64,000 nt of DNA from Camelus ferus (taxonomy: Eukaryota), in contig NC_045715.1 of assembly GCF_009834535.1 (NCBI RefSeq), positions 17,918,001 to 17,982,000 of the forward strand. The letters run 5' to 3'. The position numbers and the translations under genes were made by a program. Shown in pieces: positions 37,106 through 50,297 of this stretch (within the stretch, counting starts at the first letter, position 1; every line of letters begins with the position of its first letter). A model generated the notes under the pieces. It was not told where the DNA came from. It saw nothing but the letters and a program-made list of their open reading frames with translations, and did not search any database.

Positions 37106-38914
37106 TTGTACCTTGCAGGGAAGCTTATCTGAATAGGTAAAAGTAAACAGTTTGTACAAAAGGCTGTTAGGAAAGAGCAGCATTTACTGACGCAATCAGG
37201 TAACTAATCACAGGGTATTACGCCTACAGTGTGAGAAACGGGTTTTTTCACAAAGAGAAACTAGGCTTCTGGGAAGTGTAGAAAAGGCGTGAACAATGGT
37301 TTGATTAGATAGACTCCCTGAGAGATGTATGAGTTTTGAGAAAAGTCCTTTAGACTGCTGGTGGCATCCCTAAGCACAAAAGCTCACACTATCAGCCCAC
37401 ACAATACACGGCTATGTAAATGAAGGCTGATGGGGGACGAGCTCTCATTCGACAATTCTCGGTGTGGTGAGACCACTGTTAAATTGCGGAGGGTGGCATT
37501 ACAAGCAATGCCATGTTCCTATTGGCCAAAACTACCAGGGGGCTTCCTAGTGGCCCCCGGAACTGGAGGAAAAACCTTGATTGGTTAACGTTCTTTTTAA
37601 CCCAGTGTACGCGGGCACTAAAGAGCGCAAGGAGCAAAGAGGCACAGGGTCACCGAACCGGTCCTATACAGGCTCTAATAGTGCTGGGGTCAGACTGGCT
37701 GGCTGCTGGGCGGGGTGAAGCTACACGTCCATCCTTTTCCTCTATGACACAGAGAAGGAGCTTAGTGCCTTGAAGGGCAAGTGAGGAGTTTCCTGCACTA
37801 TTGCAACTCCAGTCTCAAAGGGAAACAATGGCTACCTTATCCAAGCAAAGCAGGGCTGTGGCTGATTCTATAAAAAAATTTAAACCACTGTGTTTAGTCG
37901 TTTTCCACGTAGGATACAATTTTTTCCCCTAAGGCCGTTATACAAGTGAATTCAGAAAAGCTATGTCCTAGTGAGTTGTCTGTAGAACATGTATTTGAGA
38001 GAATGCATTATGTAGTTTTTGCATTGTGCTTTGTTCAAAATTGCCCCAAACACTGATGCCAAAAATAACAGTATAAATTTATCATTTGCGAGGATCTTTA
38101 AGAATGCTAAATCACAAATTAAGTGAAAACTTTTAAAGTCAGAGTTATGCTTTAACTCAGACCCTGAGCATTTCCTAATACAAGCAGTTTTGTGATTTAG
38201 AAAGTTCACTTCAGAACGTAACAACGCTGCAGCCTCCCAACATTTTCATCAATGTTTTAGGGTTAGTATTTTCAGCCTGTGGAGCACGATCTGGACAAAT
38301 CTATACACTACACAAATAAAAAAACAATCACAGTTGTATTAGACCAATCAGAATAATTATCAAACCAAAATTTCAATGTAACAATGCATGTGCTTAACAT
38401 ATAAACATCCAGTAGCTACTTCCAAAATAATGTGGATGAACAGTATTTCAATATTTTGCAAATGTTAAACCGAAAATACTTGATTTCTAAAGGCTAATAC
38501 GTTACGAAAATTCAGTTAAAGACTAGACAGGTTAAAAAAATATTCCCACTAACCCAAACTGAAACACCATGATTCCTATAAATTAAGCCCCTATATAATT
38601 AAGGGGACACCTCGTTTAATACTTCAGATGGCACCGTAAGTATGTGTACTCGAGTATCATTTGTGACAAAACACATCAGGCAGCGCAGGGCATGGAGCTG
38701 ATCCTTCTTTAAGTCTGAGTGTAAACAGATACGCTCTTCCAAAGACAGTATACAATCTAGCTTTCTCACACTGGACACCACCAGTGTCCCCTTGGACTCT
38801 GAACCGGGGTGTGGGTCTAAGGTTTGTGCTGAAAAGACGCCCTTTCACCTCAAACTTGCCTCCTGGCAACGCCACTGGCCGTAGCTCTCGTGAAAAGACA
38901 CACAATTTGAGTTA

Positions 38915-38954
38915 CACCCTTTTAAGAACCTTTTGGGTGGCTCTTAAAAGAGCC
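38915..38954 (-). terminator. H1t stem-loop and HDE
   Basis: Minus strand GGCTCTTTTAAGAGCC at 38939-38954, then ACCCA, then the U7-complementary TAAAAGGGTGTAAC. Confidence 0.9.
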
Positions 38955-38989
38955 TTTGGGTTCTGTAAGTATTTGTTTTTTCCAAAGTC

Positions 38990-39622
38990 TTACTTCTTGG
39001 TTGCCCTCCTAGAACTTGATTTCTGCTGGGTCAACTTCGGATTCCCAGTTTTATTAAGATTCCCTGCCCTGGCCTTTGCTGGACTCTTCCGTTGTTGTTT
39101 GGCCTTCGCTCCTTTCGCTTTCCTGCCGCTCCGAGCCGCTTTCTGAGCCGTTGTTGCCCTAGGCTTTTTAGCGGTCTTGTTGCTCTTGGCACTCTTTGGA
39201 GACTTCACGTCTCTAGATAAGACCAGCTTCTTGGCCTTGGTAGAAGCAGGCTTTCTAACCTTGGTAGGCTCAGGAGCAGCCTTTCTACTGAGCTTGAAAG
39301 AGCCGGAGGCACCAGTACCCCTAGTCTGCACCAGGATCCCCTTAGTCACCAAACTCTTGAGACCCAACTTAATACGGCTGTTATTTTTCTCTACATCATA
39401 GCCCGCGGCTGCCAACGCCTTCTTCAGCGCGGCCAGGGACATGCCAGCTCTTTCCTGGGACATCGAAAGGGCCTCGATGATCAGCTTGGACACCGAAGGG
39501 TTTGTAGTCTTTTGACTCGCACCCGTCAAGGCAACCGGCTTCCTGCCTCGCTTCTTAACCGGAGGTTTTTCCATGGGAGCTAGAACCGGGTCGGCTGGAG
39601 CCACTGGTGCTGTCTCAGACAT
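38990..39622 (-). CDS. H1-6: Testis-specific linker histone H1t, 210 aa
   Basis: [29 protein letters not shown]...[28 protein letters not shown]...; Arg-rich divergent tail; next to H4C3. The true ATG is at 39620-39622. Confidence 0.93.
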   Translation of the reverse strand: MSETAPVAPADPVLAPMEKPPVKKRGRKPVALTGASQKTTNPSVSKLIIEALSMSQERAGMSLAALKKALAAAGYDVEKNNSRIKLGLKSLVTKGILVQTRGTGASGSFKLSRKAAPEPTKVRKPASTKAKKLVLSRDVKSPKSAKSNKTAKKPRATTAQKAARSGRKAKGAKAKQQRKSPAKARAGNLNKTGNPKLTQQKSSSRRATKK

Positions 39623-39686
39623 TTCACCACACTGAACCAAACGGTAGTGCTCCGCAGGGACCGTAAAATGCCGCCGGGCCACAGGG

Positions 39687-40120
39687 CTTTATATAGGGCA
39701 GGGCGCGCTGTGATTGGTGCATCGCTCAGGCACCGCCCCTGCCCCTTGGGGGAGGAGCACTTGTGTTTGTTTGACTCCCAAAAGTTGAGTCCCGCAAAAG
39801 TCCTCTTCACGGAAACGCGCAGATTCCACTGCTGAATAATCCACAGAGAAACAGATTTCACATGCCTTTCCCCCTTTTCATGAAAAATGACCCTGCATGC
39901 CAAAACTATTCAGAAAAGCCCTCAATTTGCAGCAAAATTCAAAGTGAAGAACGAAACTTCCTCTTTTCCTTGTAAATTTAAAAGTAGTTTTTAGCAAGAG
40001 ACTTCCTTATCTCTTCTGAGTGGTCTTCCAAACGGTTGGCTTCCAATTGGTGGAGAAAAAAAATTATTCACGCCCTGATTTTTACTGAAAATTACTTGTG
40101 TATATGAGGGAAGTAACACA
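39687..40120 (-). promoter_or_regulatory. H1t promoter: TATA, CCAAT, GC box, H1 box and TG box
   Basis: CCTATATAAAG at ~39687-39697; CCAAT at 39713-39717; GGGGCGG at 39734-39740; AAACACA at 39762-39768; TGTGTTA at 40114-40120. Confidence 0.88.
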
Positions 40121-42079
40121 GATCTCTTTGATGTCTCATTGTGGAGTTAGAAGATTCTTTTAGAACAGTCTAAAAACTACCGGGTAGGACCTTATTTGGG
40201 CAAATACAATCTAATAAACCATGATCTACAGGCATGTGGGTTGCTTGTAACTAAAATCACTTAGTCCTTCGGATTGGTTGTAGACCCTCAAGCCTGGGGT
40301 AAGTAACATGGCTCTCATGCGCTAATTGCTCGGCCCCCTTGTGGCTGGCGTCTTAACTGAGTTTTGCTTCTGGCTTCATTAATTCATATCTTACCGCTAT
40401 GCCCACACCATCCTCAAAAACATACATGTATTGTGAGACATAGTGACAAAGGCCAGCTGGTGGGGATTTTCTACCGTCAGGTGCTTGGGGGTGAGCCCTG
40501 TGGTACTGCCTGTGAGGGATGAGAGCAGTTCTTGCACGAGGCCAGGTTGAAGGGTTCAAGCTTGTTATTCTCACACAAAGCAGTTTTAACGGTGCCCAGA
40601 AGCCTCCCTTCTCTCAGGTGCTGTTCCCTCTGGGCTACTGGCAGATGAAGTCATCCTCCCTTTTAAAATAAGTCAAATCAAACATCTAATGGAAATGTAC
40701 CCAAATAAATGCTCAGTCTGTTTCTTGCCTTGTTACAAAATGCATTTCTCCAAATCCTTTTCACAAGCAGGCAAAGGCCAACCTGATTTTGTGCTGTCCA
40801 GGTGTCCAAATCCAGTCCTGGGAAATAAATGCCGGGTTTGCTTGTTAAGGAATCCTCTTTACTACCTGTGGGCTGACACCTGAGTGGGGTGGGGAGATAT
40901 GGGTTTCTGTGAAAATAGTTTACACATTTGTCTAATATGATGGCTCGTAATTATAAGCTGTGTTCGAAACATCTAATACGCAAGCCATCACTTCACTTTA
41001 CAAATAGAATCTCTTCCTACATGATTTGTGTGAACTTGTAAGAGCATGGTCATGGTTTCACATTTAAGTAGGTTTTAAGAAAGCTCTGCCTGGAAGCAGA
41101 TCCTGGTGGTAGTGAGAGGGGCAAAGGGGAGGCAGCTCTGCCTTCTTAGTGGGTGAGGGGCACAGTCTCCCACACAAACCATTGACCATCTCTGCTGACT
41201 TAAGTTATGACCTCTGATGTTCCAACAACTTAACAGACTCACTATGGCTTTAAACATAGTAGTCTTAACATTCCAATTGCCACATGTTGTTCTCAATGCT
41301 GTTGAAAAGGTACCAAATTTAAGGACTGTGCTGGAGGGAACCACAGCTCTCCCTTTCTGTGCCTACATTCACACCTGTCCTCACAAGCTCACGGCCAGAA
41401 TGAGGGCAGTAATGGTGGTACTAGAAAAAGAGGGCCAAGTACTCGAAACACTTCAAAGGTAGAAACAACAGGGCTTTGATTTCTCCTCTTTTCTTCATGA
41501 CTGGGTCTTCCTCCAAGAGTTTCAAATGTGCTTTCTAAAGCATTTTACTGTTTGAGAATAAATTGAGTTAATACAGTAAAGCACTTAGAAAAGTACCTGG
41601 CATATAATAAGTGCTACACTGGTGTTAGCTACTTTTGTTATATTAAGCATTTTAATTAATGGTAATATGCAAATTATATCTACTGCTCCCTTAATCCCCT
41701 ATCCCTGCTCTACCTTCTCCATTTCTGGGGCATTTATTCCTCTTTCATATTTTATATAATTACTTATAGTAACTACTCCTTGTTGTCTGTCTTCCCCAGA
41801 TAAGATGTAAGTGCCAAGAGGGTAGTGACTTTGTCCTTTTCAAAGGAGACAATCAATTCCAAGAAGAAGGCTCCTTAGCAGCTGGAGGACAAAGAGCCAG
41901 AGGATGGTCCTTAGGTCTTGAGGAGAAAGGTAAGAAATCCTCTCCTGAGACCATCCCAGAACTGGCCAGTGAGAAGCTATTGTGGGGACTCTTAAAAGGG
42001 ACCAAAGGGTAAGAGGAAGAGGAAAAAGGGAAAGGAGAATTGAAGGAGGCAAAAGAGAACTGGATGTGATGACTGAGAG

Positions 42080-42470
42080 TTCACCTGCTCTGCATCCATC
42101 AACTCCTGTTTCTCTGCCTGGTCTCCAGGTCAGTCTAAATTTCCCTGGTTTCCCTGGCAGGAAGGTGGTGCTGAGACTGAGTTCTGGCCAAAAGACTGTG
42201 GACAGAAGTGATGTGTGCCACTTCCAAGCCTGGCCCATGAAAATCTCCCTCCCTGAGGCATCTTTCTTTCTTCTCTGTCTGCTGGTCTGATGTCTCCAAG
42301 ACCAGAGGGAGGCTGAGGCACGAGATGGAAGGAGACTTTGTCTGAGAAAGGCTGTGGAGCTGAACCCCACTCCTTCATTGTGATGGGATATTATATAATA
42401 TATTAATAACTTTCTCTTGTGTGTAGCCACTGAGTTTTGGACATCTGTTTCATATATCACTTACCTTGTT
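42080..42470 (+). mobile_element. MLT1-type MaLR LTR relic
   Basis: GAGTTCTGGCCAAAAG..CAGAAGTGATGTGTGCCACTTCC..GCCACTGAGTTTTGG. Confidence 0.6.
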
Positions 42471-43479
42471 TTGAGTTGAGGATTTGTCTGTTGATGCAAA
42501 CTCAACATTGTCATTCATAGTTGCACAAACCCCTACCAACCCATCATGCCCAGGCCTTAATCTTAGACCTGGTTGCCTAGAGAGTGATTAACAAGTATTT
42601 CCCCCAAGCAAATGTTAAGCATCTCAATGCTTCTACCACATAAACTGACTCCACTTAGCCCCTGAGATAGCAGGGTCGCATTTCATTCATTGGCAGATCA
42701 TTGTAATCCCCCCCACCCCCACCCCGACGGCCCTCCTCTCCCTAATCCTGTTCTCATCTCTTTTTTTTTTTTTCCCTCCATGACACTCACCTTCTTAGAA
42801 ACCAGATCTGTCGCTTATATATTATGTTTCTCCTAAAGTCCTCACTGTCTGCAGAAAAGGATTTGGTGATATTGTTCACTGATATATGCACACAGGAGCT
42901 TGGTACACAGTAAGTATTCAAAAAAGTTTATTGAATGAATCGAGTAACTCAATAATTTTTGTGCACTGCTGTATGCCAGCCTCAGGAATTGCCAGTAAGG
43001 ATTATGTGGCGACCAAATCCAAGCTCAGAGCCTATTGGGGGTGACAACTAGACAAGTCATGACAGTTAAGTGCAAACTGTAGTGGTTACACAGAGCATTT
43101 GGGAAGGGATGGTCAGAGAAACCTCCTACAGAAGGTGATGGCCAAGCAGATGTCTGTAGGATGAGGAGGAGTTTGCTAGGCTGGAAGGAGGGCAAAATAT
43201 TAAAAATGGAGGTCTAGCATATGTGGGAGGCAGAAAAACAGGAAAAGCAGAGCTTGTGCAAATCTGGCTGCAGTATAGACCATGAGAGAGAGAGGACCGC
43301 AGAGGCTGTAGACAGTGGGCAGGGGAAGAGCCCAGCAAACTGTTTCAGATGTCTGAAGTATCCTAAAGGCAAGATATAGCTCTTTCAGGCCCATTCCAGA
43401 CCCTCCATGAGGCTCCAGCTCACATGCTAAAAGGATGACAGCCCCTTCCTCTTATTTCCATTTTATTAAAATTTCTGAT

Positions 43480-43845
43480 CATGTTAAGACAGTAGAAAAT
43501 TCTGTATGATATTATAATGATGAATGTAATTCATTATACTTTTGCCCAAACCCACAGAATGTACCAGAGTGAACCCTAAAAAGACTTAGAAAAGAATAAA
43601 AAAGAAAAAAAAAATAAGAAAGGAAAAGAAAACAACAACAAAAAAGAGTGAACTCTAAGGTCAACTATGAACTTTGGGTGATTATGCTGTTGTCAACATT
43701 GGTTCAGTTAAAAAAAAAGTGCCATTCTGGTGAGTGATATTGACATGTGGAAGGGTGGCAGGGGGTGGGGGTAGGGGATATATGGAATACCTCTGTACCT
43801 TCTTCTCAGTTTTGTTGTAAACCTAAAACTGGTCTTTTAAAAAAA
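43480..43845 (+). mobile_element. L1MC-type 3' end
   Basis: CATTATACTTTTG..AAACCCACAGAATGTA..AACTATGAACTTTGGGTGAT..TATATGGAA..CTCTGTACCTTC..TTTTGTTGTAAACCTAAAACT. Confidence 0.75.
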
Positions 43846-46800
43846 TCATATATAATATATATTTATTGAAATTCTAGTCCATTCATCATTATTTATGTCT
43901 AGAATTGACAGGGCCAGGCTCAGTCTCTCTAATGCATAGAGTCAAGGACCCTGAGCACTTTCCCAAACCTCCAAAAATCTCTTACCCTGATGCTTGCTGG
44001 GCATCCTTGACCCACTTTTGAGGCTAGCAGTCTTTCTTCCATTCAAGATCTCAAAACTTGCATCATCTGTGTAGAATTCTTAAACACATAATTGTATTTG
44101 TTTACTAATTTATTTCCATTTAAAAAAAAATACTTATTTCAGTGCATTAAAGCCCAAATGCCTGTGTTTACAAATTAGTAACTAACATCTATCACACCAG
44201 TCATTTCAGTAAATCCAACAATAAAAGTGGTACATTGCAATCATCAATATTCTTATATCCTGTCCTACAGCTGAGTTTGGGCCAATTATAGCAGGGAGAA
44301 AAAGTGAAAAGAAAATAAAGGAAAAGAAAAGAGAAGAAGGGAGAAGGGGAGGAGAAGAGGAAGAAAAGAAAACAAGAACAAAGTTTTATCCTCATTGCTT
44401 TTGAAGCCAATTATTTTACTGTCGGAGAACTTGATTTGCTTAGAAGACAAGTTTAGGGCCATGAGTGATGAGGTCAAGGTTTTACCCCAGTATTGTCTCC
44501 TGAAGTATTTCGGTGTCCTTATAGAATGAGACAAGCCCCATCATTTCTGTTCCTTCATCCGTTGGAGCCTGCAGCTGGATAGGGCTCTAATACCACCAAT
44601 ACCCATAGCAAGATCAAACCAGCTTTTTCTATCAATTATTATGCACATTGCTTATTGGGTGATAATGCTATGTAAGTCTTTAAATGAAATAATCAAAGTC
44701 TCATTTTCCTCCCTCAGAACTGAAGTGGGACAGTAAGAAAGTAGCTGATTCTCCAGATTATCTCTTTTTTCTAATTTATAATAAACACCTAATTCCTGAG
44801 GATTTGTCCAGCTGATTTTGAGAGTCCAAAGAATGTAGTCAGACCCTAGAATGTCTTGCTGGCAAGGTCACAGGCAGCTGTGTATTTGGCCCAACTTATT
44901 TTTATGCTTAGTCATCATCCAGGATTGCACAGGGTGAAAGTTTGGAAATGCTAACTAATGTTTAATGCTTTTCAGGTTAGGACTCTGGAACTCCCTGGCA
45001 AAATGCTGACTACACACCCTTCTAAATCTGAAAGGCTCAACAAAAGATAACTATCATCCTTTATTTCCTTAGGTATATGTCTAGAGCTCTAATTAAATAT
45101 GAGTGGGGAAAAAAACGCATTTGCTTTCAATCTGTTGGACCAAGGTAAAATCCATGGAATCAGCTGGCGATCTTTTCATATCACTCGTGAAATTCCTATC
45201 ATTTAAGGAAGACTAGCTTCTACCAAGGTCTTCAGTTATGAGCTGCCATAGGTCCCTTTAGGGTATTAAGAAGGTCATAAATGAAACTTTTCAAACATCA
45301 CACAACGAATGAGCACCCACCAGCTGCCAGGCACTCTCCAAATTGTGTTCTATGCATTAAAGATCTTTGATCGTCACAAACATCTAGAAGATAGGTGCTA
45401 TTACCATCATCTGCAAGATACAGAAGAGGCAAAGAGAGATTACTGACTTGACTCAGTCTCACAAATAGTTGACAAGCTGGGAGTAAAACTTGGAGTTCCT
45501 ACCTCCAGAGGCTACACTTTTGTCATCAAGGAGCAATGCTGTACAGCCATTTAGGTGACATCATACCATTTCTAGGACAAGTATTTTGTATTTGCTATTT
45601 CATTTAACCCTCACCCCATCTTAAACAGTAGGTAATTATTACCACCCACAGACTCAGAGTGGTAGGTTTGTCAAACAATAACTCAAAGACATTTAGTTAA
45701 TTATTAACACACTGTTTATTGTGTATAAGGTATGCCAAACAATTGATTGATTACATCCAAACACAGTAAAAAAAAAAAAGATAAGATAATTTGTATAATA
45801 GAAGGGAGAAAATGCCTGTAGACTGCCTAGGAACAGGATAGCATATTTGTACATTATTTTCAGTAATAAAGAGTTCAGTATGGACAGTCTATTTTTACAT
45901 AGACCAAAGAGGATTTTCGAAGAAAACAATTAGTGATTCTGTAGAAACTCTCAAGAAATTTTTCAGGTATCCAAAGATTAGGCATCAATGTACTCAATTT
46001 AATATTCATCTCAATTTTTATAGTTATCCATAGACTTTGAACTCAATATTTAAGCCAACACGCTGAGTCCTTCTGATTTATAATGTAGAAATTAATTTTG
46101 TTTTTAAAATGACATTATCTATCTACATTGTCATTATCTTGTGATTTGATTTAGTTCAATGCATAATTTATAACTGTAAAATTTTAAATAAAGTGATGTC
46201 AACTCATCAGGTTGAAGAAATTTAGTAAATTTAAATTAATTAGTGTTCTTTAAAGAAAATAACCCCTGTGCTTATGTAAACTAGAATATTACACTAACAT
46301 TATTTTTACATTATGACAATAAGAAAGAAAGAGACATAGAGCCATTTTGTAAAGCAAAATTTTAAGCCAACAAATTTATCCAAAAAGTTATCTTGATTAG
46401 AAGTATGTGATTTTTTTCTATAAGATTACATACATGCATTAAAATTTTAAAAATAATTTGAGTAGTTCTGTTTTGCTTCTTATCTTGTAACCTGTTAAAT
46501 AAGACCACTAAATAAATTCAGTTAAGTTTTCTTTTTCAAAAAAAAAAATTTTTTTTTCTTTTTCTTCTGAATTACATTTTAAAGAGGTAGCACATTTAAA
46601 GCATCTGAATTTGATTTTTGGTCTTATTTTAAACTGATATGTTTTTTAGTCTTCATATAATCTCTTTAATATGTAAGTTTACATTATAATTTTTAAATTT
46701 CTTGTTAAGGTAGATAATTTGCTCAAAATTATTTGTCTTCATCAAGCAGAAAATATTCTCAATCATTGCATGAGTTAGAGGAGCTAATTGTGAAACTGGA

Positions 46801-49028
46801 ACAAAATTTAAAGAGATTTAATGTAAAAACAGAGCCAGAGATGGTATGTGTTAATCAGTTAAAGAAACAAATGGATTAAGATCAGAAATCCTTCAGGGAT
46901 TACTGTTGCTGAGAATTTGTGTAAATTCTGACACCCTTCTAAGTTTGGTAGGAAATTCTAGTTTCCAGACCCATCCTCACAATGAACTCGTTAAGGTTTA
47001 GAAACTATTAAATGTTTGTTTTATACAGGTATTGGGAGCCCTCTCTTTTTCTTCTGACTCAATAATTCTATTTATAATGACATTTCTTCTCTCTCCTCTC
47101 TAACCTTAAAAAGGCTGAAGGGACAATATTTTTTTGGAATTACTGAATCATAAACTTTAGACACTTCAGCATAGCAAGAGATAGGCCAGTTGCATGCTGG
47201 AGATTTGGTTTCCTTGTTTTCTTCCTTGTCCTAAGTCTCCTGTTAGGTCTTAACACTTTATTAAAGTTAAAAGTTTTAGGCAACTGTTTTATATTCATAT
47301 TATCTCTGAAGTATGAATGTTATTTTTGGAGATATTGACAATTATTTGGATTCATACTGAGTAATCATGATAAAAGACAGTTTTGAAAGGAGAAAAGAAA
47401 CAGCTTTAGTTAAAAGAACCCACAGTATACAGACACAAAACACCAAACACAGTGAATCCCATCAAAGGCCAAAAAGAAAAACATCAACTTCCTGCTCTTG
47501 TGTTCTCAAATGCCAGAGAATATCAGAATCCTTGGACAAACACAAAACGCAAAAAAGATTAACAGATGAACGATTCCAGGTTCCCTGCGATCTGACTTAA
47601 TGATCTGACCATAAACCCATTATGTCTAGCCAATAGACAGAATACAATCTAAGAACCAAAATAAGAAACAAACTTGGGCAAAACAAATTTTAGTATGCAA
47701 ATGCCAAGGGAAGATGATCAGAAAACTCAAGTGTCCAGGGCTAACAAAGATCCAATTTTCAGGTCACACACATTTCTTTGATTCCTATGGTGGGACTCAG
47801 TTAAACTAACAATGTCTTGGTGGAATCTTCAGAAATAAATGACCAAGGAATTAATGATTATCCAGCCTGCTCTTGTATTGAAGAGAAAACAATCAGTTGA
47901 ATTATTTCATCCAACAAAGGCAAACCAGAACTTATATATGAGGAAAAGGGCAGAAGGGAAGGGAAAAAAAAAAAAAAGATAAGAAACAGAAACTTAGTAG
48001 TCAGCCTGGATAGTGAATCTCTTAGCACATTTTTTGGGGTAAACTAGTTGGCAGTGAGGAGAGGTCAGTCTGGATTGGACCATCAATCCTTGGGCAGGCT
48101 CACTAGGGTCACAGGAAAAATCCCAATTTCAGTTGTTGAAAGACTTGAGAAAACTCAAGAGTTTGGTTGAGGAGCTCCCATGACAAGCATCGGCCATTGT
48201 CTCATATTTACATTTCTATCTAAATTAGGTCGGGGTCCCCCGGATTTTTCAGGCAACTTCCAGGTTAGGCAGCCAGTGTTGAAAAAAGGAGGCCTGTTTA
48301 GACCAGACAGGCCTTACTATTTTTCCCAGATGTCAAAGAAAACTGCAGATTTAAGATCACCGGTACTTATGTTAAGTAACATAAATCATAATGTAACCTA
48401 ACATCATACAAAATTTTGTTTTCCTTCTGACAGAATTTCCTGTACTCTCCTCACGTTTTTACAGGGAAAGCAAACTTTACTTACTCCTAGGTATTGAAAA
48501 TGTGTTCTAGACTTTGACAAAATGGAAAAAGTGTTATCTTTCACCTTAAAAGCTGCCTGGAGCAAAGACCATGAGGAAACTGCTTCAGGGAAGGTGGAAT
48601 TTCCCCGCCCACACCCTCCCCGCGGGTGCCAAGTAAAAGGAAGGTTCTCTAGTGGAGACTGATTATGCCAAGTTCAATGGCGTCCCTTCCTTTTCCCGCT
48701 GTTTCCCAGCCTTCAGTTTAGCCTCCCATAGAGACTTAACAAATTGCATTTCCTAAAGTAGTTCGTCAACCCCAACTGCCTATTACAAGTCCCCAGCCAC
48801 CTAACCGTTTTAAAATTTTCATGTTAGGATCACTCCGTATCAGTTACACCACACTGATCACTGGAAGTCTAAACAGTTTTTATGTAATTGGGGTGAGCCA
48901 CTAATTGCAACGGCAAATGGATAACGTGGGGTAATAATGTCAGAAGCGACAAATGGGCAATGCTTTTATTTAATTATGGAAAAGCAGTTTTTGCACCAAC
49001 TCCACTGTACGAAATTAAGTGGCAGATT

Positions 49029-49070
49029 GCAGCTCTTTTTGTGTATACGTGGGTGGCTCTTAAAAGAGCC
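49029..49070 (-). terminator. H2BC4 stem-loop and HDE
   Basis: Minus strand GGCTCTTTTAAGAGCC at 49055-49070, then ACCCA; AAAAAGAGCTGC at 49029-49040. Confidence 0.92.
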
Positions 49071-49104
49071 TTTGGGGTTAGGTGNNNNNNNNNNNNNNNN
49101 NNNN

Positions 49105-49485
49105 NNNNNNNNNNNNNNNNNNNNNNNNNNNNNNNNNNNNNNNNNNNNNNNNNNNNNNNNNNNNNNNNNNNNNNNNNNNNNNNNNNNNNNNNNNNNNNNN
49201 NNNNNNNNNNNNNNNNNNNNNNNNNNNNNNNNNNNNNNNNNNNNNNNNNNNNNNNNNNNNNNNNNNNNNNNNNNNNNNNNNNNNNNNNNNNNNNNNNNNN
49301 NNNNCCATAGCCTTGGACGNNNNNNNNNNNNNNNNNNNNNNNNNNNNNNNNNNNNNNNNNNNNNNNNNNNNNNNNNNNNNNNNNNNNNNNNNNNNNNNNN
49401 NNNNNNNNNNNNNNNNNNNNNNNNNNNNNNNNNNNNNNNNNNNNNNNNTTTTCGGAGCAGGAGCGGACTTAGCTGGCTCAGGCAT
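49105..49485 (-). CDS. H2BC4: Histone H2B (mostly masked; stop position inferred from canonical length)
   Basis: MPEPAKSAPAPK at 49449-49485. The island SKAM at 49305-49319 sits exactly at canonical codon 60. Divergent partner of H2AC6. Confidence 0.85.
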
Positions 49486-49539
49486 TTTTAAACCTTGAAA
49501 CAGCAAAGATAAAATGAAAATAGGAAGCAGATTTCTCCT

Positions 49540-49740
49540 ACTTATAGGGCCTTTATGCTAATGAGGCGTCCAGAGCGCGTCTTAGTTAATTGGAAGATAA
49601 ATAGCAAGGCCGTCATCTATGGGCAGGACTATGCAAATAAGGCATGGAAATAAAGCTTTATTATTGGCTACTTGGCTGAGTCTTGGTACTAACCAATCAG
49701 ACAACCAGGTTTACTCCCCAGGAACTGCCTATAAAAGCGG
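49540..49740. promoter_or_regulatory. Bidirectional H2BC4/H2AC6 promoter
   Basis: CTATAAG (minus) at ~49541-49547; octamer variant ATGCTAAT at 49555-49562; ATGCAAAT at 49631-49638; CCAAT boxes at ~49662 and ~49692; TATAAAA at 49730-49736. Confidence 0.85.
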
Positions 49741-49784
49741 CCATGCTTTACCTATTTCCAGAGTGGGTCTGTTTTGATAAGTAG

Positions 49785-50213
<429 letters not shown>

Positions 50214-50256
50214 TCTGACAGGGACCTGAATTTCCCGAAGTGCTTTAAAACCCAAA

Positions 50257-50297
50257 GGCTCTTTTCAGAGCCCCCCACTACTTCGAAAGAAGAGCTC
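50257..50297 (+). terminator. H2AC6 stem-loop and HDE
   Basis: GGCTCTTTTCAGAGCC at 50257-50272, followed by CCCCA rather than ACCCA; AAAGAAGAGCTC at 50286-50297. Confidence 0.92.

Noticed and set aside
39623-39682. 20-aa N-terminal extension of H1t in the ORF track
   Set aside because: It starts at GTG only ~5 nt from the TATA box, upstream of the expected TSS; the real start is ATG 39622.
41840-42460. 206-aa minus-strand ORF and other 60-150 aa intergenic ORFs
   Set aside because: They overlap LTR, L1, L2 or MIR relics or low-complexity DNA, show no recognisable domain, and many start at non-ATG codons.
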